Positions 1 to 10,404 are shown, counted from the stretch's first letter. The stretch is 64,000 nt of DNA from Nitrospira sp. (GCA_005116885.1 SWDP01000024.1:4304-68303), one strand, 5' to 3'. Numbers and translations: made by a program. Notes: generated by a model not told the origin, from the sequence alone.

Positions 1-306
1 CTTCACGGGCGGCAGGTTCAGCTCCTGCACGATGTCGGTGTTCTTGATTTTCTGGGCTTCGTCGATCGTCTTGCCCTTCAACCATTCGGTGGCAAGGCTC
101 GAGCTGGCGATGGCGGACCCGCAGCCGAAGGTTTTGAACTTCGCGTCCACGATCGTATCGTTTTGCACCTTGATTTGGAGCTTCATCACGTCGCCGCACT
201 CCGGCGCGCCAACCATACCGGTACCGACACCTTCCTCGTCCTTTTTGAAGCTCCCCATGTTGCGGGGGTTATTGAAATGATCGACGACTTTGTCACTGTA
301 AGCCAT
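1..306 (-). CDS. iscU: Fe-S cluster assembly scaffold IscU (partial; C-terminus lies outside the window)
   Basis: This ORF is not in the ORF track. Manual translation of complement(1..306) gives MAYSDKVVDHFNNPRNMGSFKKDEEGVGTGMVGAPECGDVMKLQIKVQNDTIVDAKFKTFGCGSAIASSSLATEWLKGKTIDEAQKIKNTDIVQELNLPPVK. It carries IscU signatures (GAPECGD, FGCGSAIASSS). It lies 27 nt downstream of iscS. Confidence 0.88.
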   Translation of the reverse strand, partial: MAYSDKVVDHFNNPRNMGSFKKDEEGVGTGMVGAPECGDVMKLQIKVQNDTIVDAKFKTFGCGSAIASSSLATEWLKGKTIDEAQKIKNTDIVQELNLPPVK

Positions 307-333
307 GGTGCATCCTCCTCTTGACTATCCGGG

Positions 334-1551
334 TCAGTGGGCAGCCCATTGGACTGATTTCAAATCGACGCCTTCTTTTGCCATCTCGTACAACGGGGAC
401 ATTTCGCGCAACTTGGTCACGATCTCAATCACCTTCTTAATCGTATAGTCGATCTCATCGTCCTGGTTGAAACGGCCCAGACCGAAACGGATCGAAGAGT
501 GTGCCAACTCCGTCCCGACCCCCAATGCACGGAGCACATACGAGGGTTCCAATGTGGCCGAGGTGCAGGCGGAGCCGGACGAGAGGGCGATGTCCTTCAT
601 GCCCATCAGCAACGATTCACCTTCCACATAGGCAAAGGAGATGTTGAGGTTGCCGGGGAGCCGATTGGTCGGATGGCCGTTCAGATAGCTTTCCTCTAGA
701 GCCTTCATGATACTGGCCTCCAGACGATCACGCATCGCAATCAACCGCGCGGTGTCTTTTGCCATCTCCTGCTCACACAGTTCGCAGGCTTTGCCGAATC
801 CGACGATTAAGGGTACCGGGAGCGTTCCGGAACGCATGCCGCGTTCATGCCCACCGCCATCCATTTGTGCCGCAATGCGAACCCGGGGATTCTTTTTTCT
901 CACGTAAAGCGCCCCGACCCCTTTGGGTCCGTACATCTTATGGCTCGTGAAGGACATGAGATCGATTCCCATATCCTGCACATCGACCGGGATCTTGCCC
1001 ACGCCCTGCGTCGCATCGCAGTGAAAGAGAATGCCTTTCTCCTTGGCAATCTTGCCGATCTCCTTGACGGGGTTGATCGTGCCGATTTCATTATTCGCCA
1101 GCATGATGGAGATGAGGATTGTTTTGTCTGTAATGGCTTTCCGCACATCTTCGGGGTTCACCATCCCGAATTTATCGACGGGAAGATAGGTGACTACCGC
1201 TTTGCCCTTGCCCTCTAACGATTTGACGGTATCAAGCACGGCGCGGTGTTCGGTGGACGATGTAATGATATGGTCGCCCTTTTCTTTGTACATTTCCAAC
1301 ACGCCCTTGATCGCGAGATTGTCCGATTCAGTGGCGCCGCTCGTGAACACAATCTCTTTCGGGTCGGCTTTGATCAGCTTTGCGATTTGCTTTCTGGCTT
1401 GCTCGACAGCCTCCTCTGCGGCCCACCCAAACGCATGGTTGCGGCTTGCCGCGTTTCCGAACTTCTCGACGAAGTAAGGAAGCATGGTGTCCAATACGCG
1501 TGGATCCATCGGCGTCGTGGAATGGTTGTCCAAGAAAATCGGCAGTTTCAT
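334..1551 (-). CDS. iscS: cysteine desulfurase IscS (PLP-dependent)
   Basis: 405-aa ORF. It has the PLP-lysine region [12 protein letters not shown] and the active-site loop SSGSACTS. Its start overlaps the iscR stop (ATGA overlap at 1548-1551). Confidence 0.95.
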   Translation of the reverse strand: MKLPIFLDNHSTTPMDPRVLDTMLPYFVEKFGNAASRNHAFGWAAEEAVEQARKQIAKLIKADPKEIVFTSGATESDNLAIKGVLEMYKEKGDHIITSSTEHRAVLDTVKSLEGKGKAVVTYLPVDKFGMVNPEDVRKAITDKTILISIMLANNEIGTINPVKEIGKIAKEKGILFHCDATQGVGKIPVDVQDMGIDLMSFTSHKMYGPKGVGALYVRKKNPRVRIAAQMDGGGHERGMRSGTLPVPLIVGFGKACELCEQEMAKDTARLIAMRDRLEASIMKALEESYLNGHPTNRLPGNLNISFAYVEGESLLMGMKDIALSSGSACTSATLEPSYVLRALGVGTELAHSSIRFGLGRFNQDDEIDYTIKKVIEIVTKLREMSPLYEMAKEGVDLKSVQWAAH

Positions 1552-2021
1552 CGTTCAACTCCTTGTACCGCAGGGGACTGAATGGTGATAAGGGGTGTGC
1601 CGCCCATCATGTCTTGCAGAGTCATACTATTGAGCAATTGGGCAATACTGTCCTGAACTTTTAAGAGCGGTGTGCGGATATGACAATTTTCCCGCTGCAT
1701 GCAGAACTCTCCGTCCTTCTCGTGTGAACAGTCTGTAATACCCAGGGGACCCTCGATGCTTTCGAGAATTTGCGCAATCGTAATCTGGTGCGCGCGTCGG
1801 GCCAGCACGTATCCGCCCTTGGGGCCATTGTGGCTCTCGATCAGTGCGTTCTTGGCAAGGGTCTGAAGCACTTTGGCCAGTAGCTCGAGAGGGATGTTAT
1901 ATTCTTCCGCAATCTCCTTCGTATTGACCACGCGTCCAGGCGTCACATCGCCAAATTGGACCGTCGCGATATGCTGAAGGGCCATGAGGGCATAATCTGC
2001 TTTTTTCGAAATCTTCAACAT
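1548..2021 (-). CDS. iscR: Rrf2-family Fe-S regulator IscR
   Basis: The ORF track gives 1548..2096. The conserved Rrf2 N-terminus [15 protein letters not shown] begins at the ATG at 2021. The three-Cys cluster motif [16 protein letters not shown] is present. The gene heads the iscRSU operon. Confidence 0.88.
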   Translation of the reverse strand: MLKISKKADYALMALQHIATVQFGDVTPGRVVNTKEIAEEYNIPLELLAKVLQTLAKNALIESHNGPKGGYVLARRAHQITIAQILESIEGPLGITDCSHEKDGEFCMQRENCHIRTPLLKVQDSIAQLLNSMTLQDMMGGTPLITIQSPAVQGVER

Positions 2022-2026
2022 TGCTA

Positions 2027-2065
2027 TTGCCGATCTCCAAGGTCGGAGACTATAATGGTCTCCGA
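2027..2065 (+). promoter_or_regulatory. candidate promoter plus palindromic operator in the iscR/fdx divergent region
   Basis: A perfect 8-bp inverted repeat TCGGAGAC (2043-2050) / GTCTCCGA (2058-2065) flanks a consensus TATAAT (2051-2056). TTGCCG lies 18 nt upstream as a weak -35. The site sits 22 nt from the iscR start codon, which would fit an Rrf2/IscR operator. Confidence 0.4.
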
Positions 2066-2156
2066 TCAATAAGGTCGTATTAACAATATCACGCAAGTTT
2101 CAAAACTGTCAACAGCAGAAAATATGGCTGATGCAGGTGGAGAAAGGAACGGGTAG

Positions 2157-2573
2157 ATGGGCGGGACCAACCCTTATATTAAAAAATCTGACTACGAGCT
2201 TCCACACGTAGCCTATACCGTCACATTTATTGCCCCTGGCGGTGTGGAGACGAAGGTTGAAGTGGACCCGACCAAGATTCCCTATGGCCCAACTGGGCTC
2301 CCCGGGAGCCTCCTGGACGTGGCAATGGGCAATGGAATTCTGTTGGAACATGTCTGCGGGGGGGTCTGTGCCTGTTCAACCTGTCATGTCATCGTCAAAC
2401 AGGGGCTTGAGAGCTGTAATGAAGGCACGGACGATGAGTTCGATCAACTGGAAGAAGCACCAATCACTACTCTGCAGTCACGGCTTGGTTGCCAATGTGT
2501 GCCAAATGGCACAAAAGATATTGTGGTCGAAATCCCGGCGGTCAATAAGAACCTCGTCAAGGAAGGCCACTGA
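2157..2573 (+). CDS. fdx: 2Fe-2S ferredoxin, ISC/adrenodoxin type
   Basis: 138-aa ORF with the cysteine pattern CGGVCACSTCH...CQC. It is divergent from iscR. Confidence 0.85.
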   Translation: MGGTNPYIKKSDYELPHVAYTVTFIAPGGVETKVEVDPTKIPYGPTGLPGSLLDVAMGNGILLEHVCGGVCACSTCHVIVKQGLESCNEGTDDEFDQLEEAPITTLQSRLGCQCVPNGTKDIVVEIPAVNKNLVKEGH

Positions 2574-2668
2574 GAAAAACAGGTCACTGGTCAAGCGTCA
2601 TTTGTCATTCGTGAGCGAGAACGAACCGGGTCGATTACGTTCCAGTGGCCATTGACCAATGACATTGT

Positions 2669-3373
2669 TCAATCATACGTCTCTATTTTGACTTCTTTTC
2701 GGTCATATCCCGCTTCCACAAGATAGGCTCGCAGTGGTCGCACAAAGCCTTTCGTGCCGCACAACATCGGAATCATTTTTGGCGCTTTCTCAATCAACGG
2801 CCTGAGCATGGGACGCACGAGATCGACCGCCGGTTGCTCTCCTTCCGAAGCCACGAGCGAAAGATAGCGAAACTTCGGATACGTCACAGCCAAGGTCAAC
2901 AGTTCCTGATGAAAGAGGAATTCATCCTCTGCAGGGGCGACCGCAATCAAAAGAATCGTATCGGTCTGTCGCTGTGCGTACAGCTGTTTCAGCATGCAAC
3001 GGATTGGGACAAGGCCCGTGTATCGGGCAACAAATAAGAGATCACGATCGAGCTGCTGTGGGAGCGTAAAGTTTCCATAGGGGCCTGAAATGTGTATGAC
3101 ATCTCCAGGTTTGAGTGTGTAGAGATAATTGGATCCCACACCGTCCGGTACGCGATCGAAGATGATGGTCAACTCGCCTGACGGCGTGCCAGGCGCTGCC
3201 ATCGAATACGCCCGGTTGAGCGGTGGTGCGGCCCCGACCGGCAGTTTGAGTGAAACCCACTGGCCGGGCTGGAACACAATATTCTGAACGGTAGGAAGAA
3301 GCACAAGCTGGCGAGTGTGGGAGGTGAGATCGTTCACCGAGAGCACCGTCGCTGCTTGCGTGAATTCGGCCAT
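2669..3373 (-). CDS. ferredoxin-NAD(P)+ reductase-like FAD/NAD(P)-binding oxidoreductase
   Basis: It has the FNR-type RAYSMA (RxYS) flavin motif and a GPYG-type nucleotide-binding region. The start was chosen at MAEFTQ (3373), which has GGAG 7 nt upstream. The ORF track begins at 3394. Confidence 0.75.
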   Translation of the reverse strand: MAEFTQAATVLSVNDLTSHTRQLVLLPTVQNIVFQPGQWVSLKLPVGAAPPLNRAYSMAAPGTPSGELTIIFDRVPDGVGSNYLYTLKPGDVIHISGPYGNFTLPQQLDRDLLFVARYTGLVPIRCMLKQLYAQRQTDTILLIAVAPAEDEFLFHQELLTLAVTYPKFRYLSLVASEGEQPAVDLVRPMLRPLIEKAPKMIPMLCGTKGFVRPLRAYLVEAGYDRKEVKIETYD

Positions 3374-3496
3374 CACGATCTCCTGCTTCCTCATAGCAGA
3401 AGCGACAACGAGATGAAAGCTCCACGTTTCCTGTACAAGGCTTTTCCCTGCATGTTATAGATACCGACCTTTTCGTATCACATCGGTGAGTATGCA

Positions 3497-4909
3497 ATGA
3501 CTCAAGTACGAGTGCGATTCGCGCCCAGCCCGACCGGTTTTCTCCATATTGGAGGAGTCCGCACGGCGCTATTCAATTGGCTCTTTGCCCGCCAGCAGAA
3601 GGGCGTCTTCATTCTCCGCATTGAGGATACGGACCAAAGTCGGTCAACGGACGAATCGATCCAGGCCATCATCGACGGCATGAAGTGGGTGGGGCTCGAT
3701 TGGGATGAAGGGCCCTATCGGCAAACCCAGCGCATAGACCTCTATCGCGACCATGCCATGCAGCTTCTTGAAACGGGCCATGCCTATTGGTGTGCTTGCA
3801 CAGCGGAAGAGCTCGACGCCAGGCGTAAGGAAGCCGAGGCCAAGGGACTGTCGCAGAAATACGACGGCCGTTGCCGTGATCGTGGCCTCATAAATCCGGC
3901 CGGTGACGCGGCCCTGCGATTCAAAGCTCCGCAAGAGGGAGAGACCGTGGTCGATGATCTGATCAAAGGTAAGATTGTCTTCGATAACGCGGTGCAGGAT
4001 GATCTGATCATTCTCCGATCGAACGGCTATCCGACGTACAATTTTTCAGTGGTGGTTGATGATGCGTTGATGAACATCACCCATGTGGTACGTGGAGACG
4101 ATCACCTGACGAATACGCCACGGCAGGTTCCGATCTTCCAAGCGCTCGGGTTTTCGGCCCCTCAATTTGGGCATCTACCGATGATTCTGGGCTCGGACAA
4201 AGCCCGTCTTTCGAAGCGGCATGGGGCTACCTCAATTATGGCCTATAAAGACATGGGGTATCTGCCTGATGCCATGGTCAATTATCTCGTTCGGCTCGGG
4301 TGGTCACACGGAGACCAGGAACTCTTCACCCGCGAGGAACTGATCGAGAAATTTTCCTGGAAACATGTCCAAACGTCCGCCGCCGTGTTCAACCCCGAGA
4401 AGCTTCTTTGGGTCAACGCTGAATATATCAAGATGAGTCCACCAGCACAGGTGGCTCGGGCACTAGTGCCTCTGTTGGAATCAACAGGACTGACAAAGGA
4501 AATCCATGCTGTCTCAGACAGCTGGCTGGCGCAACTCGTCGTCCTCGTGAAAGAACGGGCGAAGACGCTTGTGGAGATGGTCGATTGGGTGAGGCCGTAT
4601 TTTGGGCAGGCCGTGACGTATGACGAAGAGGCGGCGAAGAAGTTTTTGACGCCGGCCATGGCACCGATCCTCAGTAAGTTGCTTGCTCGTTTCGAGGCCT
4701 TCCCTTCTTTCTCAAAACAGCCATGGGAAGAGGCCTTCAAGCAGCTGGTTGAAGAAGAGGGGATGAAGATGGGACAGCTGGCTCAGCCAGTCCGCGTGGC
4801 CCTGACCGGTCGCACGGCTAGCCCTGGCCTCTTCGATGTCATGGAGATACTGGGAAGAGACCGGACATTGTTTCGTCTCCGCCAGGGGGTCGAACGGGCC
4901 TCAGTGTAA
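3497..4909 (+). CDS. gltX: glutamyl-tRNA synthetase
   Basis: 470-aa ORF with the class I HIGH-type motif (PTGFLHIGG) and the KMSKS-type motif (RLSKRH). Confidence 0.95.
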   Translation: MTQVRVRFAPSPTGFLHIGGVRTALFNWLFARQQKGVFILRIEDTDQSRSTDESIQAIIDGMKWVGLDWDEGPYRQTQRIDLYRDHAMQLLETGHAYWCACTAEELDARRKEAEAKGLSQKYDGRCRDRGLINPAGDAALRFKAPQEGETVVDDLIKGKIVFDNAVQDDLIILRSNGYPTYNFSVVVDDALMNITHVVRGDDHLTNTPRQVPIFQALGFSAPQFGHLPMILGSDKARLSKRHGATSIMAYKDMGYLPDAMVNYLVRLGWSHGDQELFTREELIEKFSWKHVQTSAAVFNPEKLLWVNAEYIKMSPPAQVARALVPLLESTGLTKEIHAVSDSWLAQLVVLVKERAKTLVEMVDWVRPYFGQAVTYDEEAAKKFLTPAMAPILSKLLARFEAFPSFSKQPWEEAFKQLVEEEGMKMGQLAQPVRVALTGRTASPGLFDVMEILGRDRTLFRLRQGVERASV

Positions 4910-4983
4910 TCGGCCGGCCCCCGCGAGCAAACCCGCGTCGATCTTGACGGAATCACATGCCATATATTACTGTGAATGCCGGT

Positions 4984-5057
4984 TGGGGGATCGTCTAGCG
5001 GTAGGACGTCAGTCTCTGGATCTGACTACCTAGGTTCGATTCCTAGTCCCCCAGCCA
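4984..5057 (+). tRNA. tRNA-Gln (anticodon CTG)
   Basis: Folded by hand. The acceptor stem is TGGGGGA/TCCCCCA, followed by G and an encoded CCA. The D arm is GTCT..GGAC, the anticodon loop is CTCTGGA, and the T arm is CTAGG-TTCGATT-CCTAG. Confidence 0.85.
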
Positions 5058-5110
5058 AATACGCTTTCCCGCCCGTACTTTCAGAACTATGCCTCGGTTT
5101 CGTACCGCGC

Positions 5111-5184
5111 TGGGGGATCGTCTAGCGGTAGGACGCCGGCCTTTGGAGCCGGCTACCTAGGTTCGATTCCTAGTCCCCCAGCCA
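5111..5184 (+). tRNA. tRNA-Gln (anticodon TTG)
   Basis: Identical to the upstream tRNA except for the 17-nt anticodon arm (CCGGC-CTTTGGA-GCCGG). CCA is encoded. Confidence 0.88.
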
Positions 5185-5206
5185 CTTTCCCGAACCATCC
5201 TGCTCG

Positions 5207-6250
5207 CTACGTCAACGACGCCAGATCGATCACAAATCGAAAGCGCACATCGCCTTTGAGCACTCGCTCGTAAGCTTCGTTCACGTGTTGGATCGGAATC
5301 ACTTCAACATCGGACTCGATGTTGTGCATGGCGCAGAAATCGAGCATCGCTTGAGTTTCTCTGATACCTCCGATCACCGACCCGGCGATACGTCGGCGAT
5401 GCAGAATGAGTGGGAACGGTTCCAGTAGCGTCGGCTTGTCCGGGACGCCCACCAAAATCATGGTCCCATCGGTTTTTAACAGATTCACGTACTCGTTGTA
5501 GTTGTGCGAGGCGGAGACAGTATCAAGGATGAAATCAAAACGGCGTTGTAGTCGCGTGAAGGTATCCTGTTGCGTCGTGAGTGCGAACTCAGTAGCGCCT
5601 AATCGTATCGCATCATGTCGCTTTTTTTCCGATGTACTCAAGACTGTGACCTCAGTGCCCATCGCCTTGGCAATCTTTACGGCCATATGACCGAGCCCCC
5701 CTAATCCCACCACCGCAAGTTTGTGATATTTGCCGACACCCCAGTGGCGCAGCGGGGAATATGTGGTAATTCCCGCGCACAGGAGTGGGGCTGCTCCGGC
5801 AGGCGACAGGGCTGAGGGAATCCGCAACACGTAATTTTCATCGACGACGATCTGTGTAGAGTAACCGCCTTGCGTGGGCCGGCCGTCTTTGTCGCGACCG
5901 CTGTAGGTGAGGAGCATGCCGGCATCGCAGTACTGCTCTGACCCCTCTCGGCAGGCCGCACAGGTCCGGCAGGAATCGACGAAGCAGCCGACGCCGACGC
6001 AGTCGCTCGTCTTGAATTTGCTCACCGCAGACCCGATTCTAGCTACGGCGCCGACAATTTCATGGCCCGGCACCATGGGGAAAATCGATCCGCCCCATTC
6101 GTCGCGGGCTTGATGAATATCCGAGTGGCAGATGCCGCAGTGGGTGATCGTGATAAGCACGTCATGAGGGCCGACATCCCGCCGCTCGAACGAAAAGGGT
6201 TGCAGTGCAGCCTTGGCGGTCATCGCGGCATAGCCTTTAGTCGGCAACAT
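5207..6250 (-). CDS. zinc-dependent NAD(P) alcohol dehydrogenase (cinnamyl-alcohol dehydrogenase / YahK-like)
   Basis: 347-aa ORF with zinc ligand motifs CGICHSD and GHEIVG, plus the Rossmann motif VVGLGGLGH. AAGGAG lies 7-12 nt upstream of the ATG. Confidence 0.88.
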   Translation of the reverse strand: MLPTKGYAAMTAKAALQPFSFERRDVGPHDVLITITHCGICHSDIHQARDEWGGSIFPMVPGHEIVGAVARIGSAVSKFKTSDCVGVGCFVDSCRTCAACREGSEQYCDAGMLLTYSGRDKDGRPTQGGYSTQIVVDENYVLRIPSALSPAGAAPLLCAGITTYSPLRHWGVGKYHKLAVVGLGGLGHMAVKIAKAMGTEVTVLSTSEKKRHDAIRLGATEFALTTQQDTFTRLQRRFDFILDTVSASHNYNEYVNLLKTDGTMILVGVPDKPTLLEPFPLILHRRRIAGSVIGGIRETQAMLDFCAMHNIESDVEVIPIQHVNEAYERVLKGDVRFRFVIDLASLT

Positions 6251-6277
6251 GGTTTGTGCTCCTTGTGAGAGGGCCTG

Positions 6278-6400
6278 GCAGGATGCTGAAAAAATCCGCC
6301 AGCGGCGTTCTCGCGTCGCTCAGAGGCTCAACGTACCGAAGCATACGCCTCGCCTCTTCGCTCGCTGCAGCCTTGCTGGACGGCCATTTTGAGCATCCTG
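6278..6400 (+). repeat. family-A MITE-like element, copy a
   Basis: It starts GCAGGATGCTGAAAAAA and ends TTTTGAGCATCCTG, an imperfect terminal inverted repeat. It aligns along its length with the copies at 26523 and 34457. It lies 28 nt upstream of the adh start codon. Confidence 0.8.
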
Positions 6401-6573
6401 AGACTATTGTGACATTGGCGCCATGAGGAATATTCCATCGACATATTCTATATAAATCGTGGGGAGATAAAAATTCCGTGCCCACATTATCAAGTTGTCC
6501 GTGGGCTTGCCAACCCTGAAACCTGTGAAGGAGGCTGGGGTCAACGACTGTGATGCGCCGGCGCTGGAGTTGC

Positions 6574-6777
6574 CTAACTATGTTGCTGTCTCTCCGTGCC
6601 GTCGTCCCCCTCGGACGAGTCAGGAAACGAGGTATGTGTGTTGAGCGTGGAACCTGGTATCCGATATTGTTCCGTTGCCCAAGCCCCGAGATCGGTCATC
6701 TGACATCGTTCTGAGCAGAAGGGGCGCCAAGGGTTGCTTTCCCAGGTGCTGGGCTGGAGACAGAGGGGGCAGGTCAT
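6574..6777 (-). CDS. yacG: DNA gyrase inhibitor YacG (zinc finger)
   Basis: [42 protein letters not shown] matches the YacG pattern CPxC...FCSxRC...DLGxW. Confidence 0.8.
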   Translation of the reverse strand: MTCPLCLQPSTWESNPWRPFCSERCQMTDLGAWATEQYRIPGSTLNTHTSFPDSSEGDDGTERQQHS

Positions 6778-6829
6778 GCCGGTATTATACTATGCTGAGA
6801 CTGAAAATCGATCAGGGGATCATTAGAGG

Positions 6830-7153
6830 CTAACGCCTAACGATGGAGGCTTCCAATAATCGCTGCAACCGGCGCTGATCGATCTCCGAGAGACCGAGAA
6901 ATTCGACGCCGAACTCCCCGCTTCCACTCCAACGAACCGCGGCAGATTCGATGGTAATGGGCGAACCCAGATCGGTCGCCCTGATGAGAATTCTCACCGC
7001 TGAGCCAGGCTGAACTGACGACATGCTGGTGACGGCGCACCCTCGGGCAGACAAATCGAACATGGTGCCTTCGCAAATGTTTGTCTTGTTGGTGCTGGAG
7101 AAGAACACCTGCATATCAACGGGAATTCGTGGATATTCTCGACACTCTATCAT
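6830..7153 (-). CDS. PilZ-domain protein (putative c-di-GMP receptor)
   Basis: It carries the RxxxR motif (REYPR) and the DxSxxG motif (DLSARG). The start was taken at MIECREY, which has GGAGGG 6 nt upstream. The ORF track begins at 7165. Confidence 0.75.
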   Translation of the reverse strand: MIECREYPRIPVDMQVFFSSTNKTNICEGTMFDLSARGCAVTSMSSVQPGSAVRILIRATDLGSPITIESAAVRWSGSGEFGVEFLGLSEIDQRRLQRLLEASIVRR

Positions 7154-7315
7154 GCGACCCTCCATACGATTCGAGGTTGTTCGTTATACCGACACCTCGT
7201 GCTCCGATAAGTGTAGCAATCCCAGCGCCACGGTAAAGTAAAACTTGGAAACGGTATGACAGAGGGCCAGAGGGAGGAATATTGGGGGCGGCCAACGAGA
7301 GAACGTACCGGTGTA

Positions 7316-9010
7316 CTACTTGGGTGGCTGAGTTTTTTCCATCTTCGCCCACGCATCTTTGAGTGACACTGTGCGGTTGAATATCGGTATGCCGGAGGCC
7401 GAATCAGGATCGGCACAGAAGTATCCCAGGCGTTCGAATTGATATCGCGTGCCGGGCTCTGTCTGCCGCAAACTGGGCTCAACCAGGCAACCTGTGATTC
7501 GCTCCAAGGAATTGGGGTTGAGGTAGGTTGTCCAATCGTGGTCTGGCGGCACCTTTGCCAGATCCGTGACCAAGAGCGGGTTGTAGAGTCGGACTTCCGC
7601 TTTCACCGCATGAGCCGCCGAGACCCAATGGATGGTAGCCTTGACCTTGCGCTGCTCCTGAGATGCGCCACTCTTAGTTGTGGGATCATAGGTGCACTGG
7701 AGTTCGGTAATCTCACCGGTCTGCGGATCTTTGGTCACTCCGACACATGTGATGATATAGGCATAGCGGAGCCGTACCTCACGTCCTGGGGCAAGCCGGA
7801 AGAACTGTTTGGGCGGATCTTCGCGGAAATCGTCTTGCTCAATATAGAGCACGCGTGAAAAGGGAACGTTCCTCGTCCCTGCGGACGCATCCTCAGGATT
7901 GTTCACGGCTTCCAATTCTTCGGACTGGCCCTCGGGATAATTGATGAGGATGATTTTGAGCGGACGCAATACGGCCATCACTCGCGGCGATCGCTTGTTC
8001 AGATCTTCGCGAACAAAATGTTCGAGCAGCTGCATCTCGACGATGGCCTCACGCTTGGCTATGCCGATATGGTCGCAGAAGGCCCGAATCGCCTCAGGGG
8101 TATACCCGCGTCGACGCAGGCCTTTGATCGTCGGCAGCCGTGGGTCATCCCATCGGCTCACCAGTTTTTTTTCGACCAACTCAAGCAGCTTCCGTTTGCT
8201 CATGACGGTATAGGTCAGGTTTAAACGAGCAAATTCGATCTGCTGCGGCCGGTGCGGCGCTTCAGCCTGCTCAACGACCCAATCGTAGAGAGGCCGGTGA
8301 TCTTCAAACTCCAAGGTGCAGATGGAGTGCGTGATTCCCTCAAGCGCATCAGAAAGAGGATGCGCAAAGTCGTAGGCCGGGTACAGACACCAGGCACTCC
8401 CTGTTCGATAATGGGTCGTGTGCCTGATACGATACAGGGTCGGGTCTCGTAGATTGATATTGGGTGATGCCATGTCGATCTTGGCGCGAAGGATGTGGGT
8501 TCCGTCGGCAAACTCTCCAGCGCGCATGCGTCGAAAGAGGTCAAGGTTTTCATTGACGGAACGTTCGCGAGACGGGCTATTCTTTCCCGGCTGAGTCAGT
8601 GTGCCGCGATAGGTTCGCATTTCTTCGGCCGTTAACGTGTCGACGTACGCAAGACCTTTCTGGATCAGCCGTACAGCGAACGCGTAGAGTCGTTCGAAGT
8701 AGTCCGAGGCAAAAAACATCCTCTCGTGCCAATCGAACCCGAGCCATCGGACGTCGTCTTGAATAGCCTGGACGTACTCAGGATCTTCGGTCGTCGGATT
8801 GGTATCATCAAATCGCAAGTGACAGATGCCGCCTGGAGTGTCGTGTGCCAAGCCGAAGTTCAGGCAGATCGATTTCGCATGGCCGATATGAAGATAGCCG
8901 TTCGGCTCAGGTGGGAAGCGCGTAACCACTCGACCATCGTGTTTGCCGGTTGCGTAATCGGCGGCCACGATGTCGCGGATAAAATTTGATGCGCCAGTCT
9001 TTTCAGACAC
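7316..9010 (-). CDS. glnS: glutaminyl-tRNA synthetase
   Basis: It has the HIGH motif (LHIGHAKS) and the VMSKR motif. The N-terminus [15 protein letters not shown] parallels the E. coli GlnRS N-terminus, so a GTG start at 9010 is preferred. The ORF track extends to 9076. Confidence 0.93.
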   Translation of the reverse strand: MSEKTGASNFIRDIVAADYATGKHDGRVVTRFPPEPNGYLHIGHAKSICLNFGLAHDTPGGICHLRFDDTNPTTEDPEYVQAIQDDVRWLGFDWHERMFFASDYFERLYAFAVRLIQKGLAYVDTLTAEEMRTYRGTLTQPGKNSPSRERSVNENLDLFRRMRAGEFADGTHILRAKIDMASPNINLRDPTLYRIRHTTHYRTGSAWCLYPAYDFAHPLSDALEGITHSICTLEFEDHRPLYDWVVEQAEAPHRPQQIEFARLNLTYTVMSKRKLLELVEKKLVSRWDDPRLPTIKGLRRRGYTPEAIRAFCDHIGIAKREAIVEMQLLEHFVREDLNKRSPRVMAVLRPLKIILINYPEGQSEELEAVNNPEDASAGTRNVPFSRVLYIEQDDFREDPPKQFFRLAPGREVRLRYAYIITCVGVTKDPQTGEITELQCTYDPTTKSGASQEQRKVKATIHWVSAAHAVKAEVRLYNPLLVTDLAKVPPDHDWTTYLNPNSLERITGCLVEPSLRQTEPGTRYQFERLGYFCADPDSASGIPIFNRTVSLKDAWAKMEKTQPPK

Positions 9011-9138
9011 GATAGAGCAATGACTCCTGTACGGGCGAGACCGTTTAAACCAGATGGTTGCGCGCTGTTCTATCATATGCGCGGTAGATGGGAGAAGGGC
9101 TTAATCAGAAAAGAGAAGACATCGGAGCGAATCGAGCA

Positions 9139-9552
9139 CTACGCAGTCTGGTGGGTCGGCATCTGCATCACACTGAAGTCTTTCTGCGCGATGAGGTGTC
9201 CTTCCATACGTAGGCGAAACTCGTAACGCCCAGGAGTGGGAAAGATCAGGGAGGGGATATTGATCCCGAAATCGGAAATTTGAAGGCGGTCGGCGATGAC
9301 AATGTTGGGAAGGGCGGCCCGGCAGACGAGTTGTTCATTGTTGAGATAGGTCAAGTCGATGTCGAAGTGATAGGTCCCTTCGGCATCTGTGAGGCAGAAG
9401 TACAGCCCCATTTGTGAGTGTTGAAAAGGAAAGCTCACGGCCTGTAAATGCGTGAAGAGACCGATGAGGCTTTTCTTCTTGGTGACACTATCCTCAATGA
9501 CCTGATCACAGACCAAGAAGGCTTGCACGCTAGGTTTCACGATGTCTGACAT
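9139..9552 (-). CDS. hypothetical protein (137 aa, predicted beta-rich, no recognised motif)
   Basis: Clean ORF with no competing frame. Its composition resembles neighbouring genes. I recognise no family. Confidence 0.55.
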   Translation of the reverse strand: MSDIVKPSVQAFLVCDQVIEDSVTKKKSLIGLFTHLQAVSFPFQHSQMGLYFCLTDAEGTYHFDIDLTYLNNEQLVCRAALPNIVIADRLQISDFGINIPSLIFPTPGRYEFRLRMEGHLIAQKDFSVMQMPTHQTA

Positions 9553-9694
9553 ACTGCCATTGTACGGGAGTCTTGAGTCTTGTCAAAAAGGATGTGTTTT
9601 TCAACAAGGCGTCAGCGTGGCGCGACGATCGCGCCGCCTTCGATATAGAGAGGCAGGTACGCGTGAATGGAAGCTGGAGTCTACTGGAAGCCGA

Positions 9695-10231
9695 TTATCC
9701 GATGACCGCCGCGTTGCCGCGACTTTCCGCAACATCGCCGAACATTGTGAGGCCGGTGCCGATACGGCAATAGTGTGGACTGACGGTGACGACTTCACCT
9801 TTATGGGTACAGAAGCGCCCCGAGGCGATGCGAATTTTTCTTTTCTGCATGAGACAGGCTTCAAAGACCGTGTGCCCTGTTGCCCGGTCTGTGACCGTCA
9901 CTGATGGAGGGTCGCCTGGGATTGCCTCGCCGCTGGCCTTTACGTGTATCGTGAATCGGCCCGTACTATGTACCGAAAGCGCATTCCGTCGTATATGACC
10001 GACGCGGACTCCCTGCTCGTCGTACAGGTCCATCGTCAAGAGTAACGTCAATGGCTGGGGTTGTGTTTCCAAAACCATCTGTTCTTTGCCTTGAAGCTTG
10101 ACGACGCCGTTTGTGTTTCGAAACACATTCGAGCCAACGTAGAGCTCAAGGCCCTGTTCGGGCATCTCGATGTCGATGAGTTCAGGAGAGTCTGTGATTC
10201 CGATAGTTTTGATTTGAAGTGTGTTGTTCAT
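9695..10231 (-). CDS. hypothetical protein (178 aa)
   Basis: Clean ORF upstream of, and co-oriented with, the 137-aa hypothetical gene. I recognise no motif. Confidence 0.55.
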   Translation of the reverse strand: MNNTLQIKTIGITDSPELIDIEMPEQGLELYVGSNVFRNTNGVVKLQGKEQMVLETQPQPLTLLLTMDLYDEQGVRVGHIRRNALSVHSTGRFTIHVKASGEAIPGDPPSVTVTDRATGHTVFEACLMQKRKIRIASGRFCTHKGEVVTVSPHYCRIGTGLTMFGDVAESRGNAAVIG

Positions 10232-10404
10232 GTTCCACCATGAATCTGCGATTCAAAGAGCAGGCCAACGACTGAAACATCCCCTTATTCAGAGGCCCAC
10301 CGCGTATGCTTTCCGCAAGGTAGGCCATACCACCGTCGCTGTCAAGTCGTGAGTGGGCGAGCGGTGCAGAGGCCTGAATACTGCGTAGAATCGTTGAGAA
10401 TGGA

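Noticed and set aside
32-280. 82-aa plus-strand ORF at the window start
   Set aside because: It lies antisense to a clearly recognisable IscU coding sequence on the minus strand, so it is a shadow ORF.
6237-6485. 82-aa minus-strand ORF (..SSKAAASEEARRMLRYVEPLSDARTPLADFFSILPG..)
   Set aside because: It is a translation through family-A repeat copy a and overlaps the adh start. The repeat-derived sequence recurs at other copies in varying frames, so it is not a gene.
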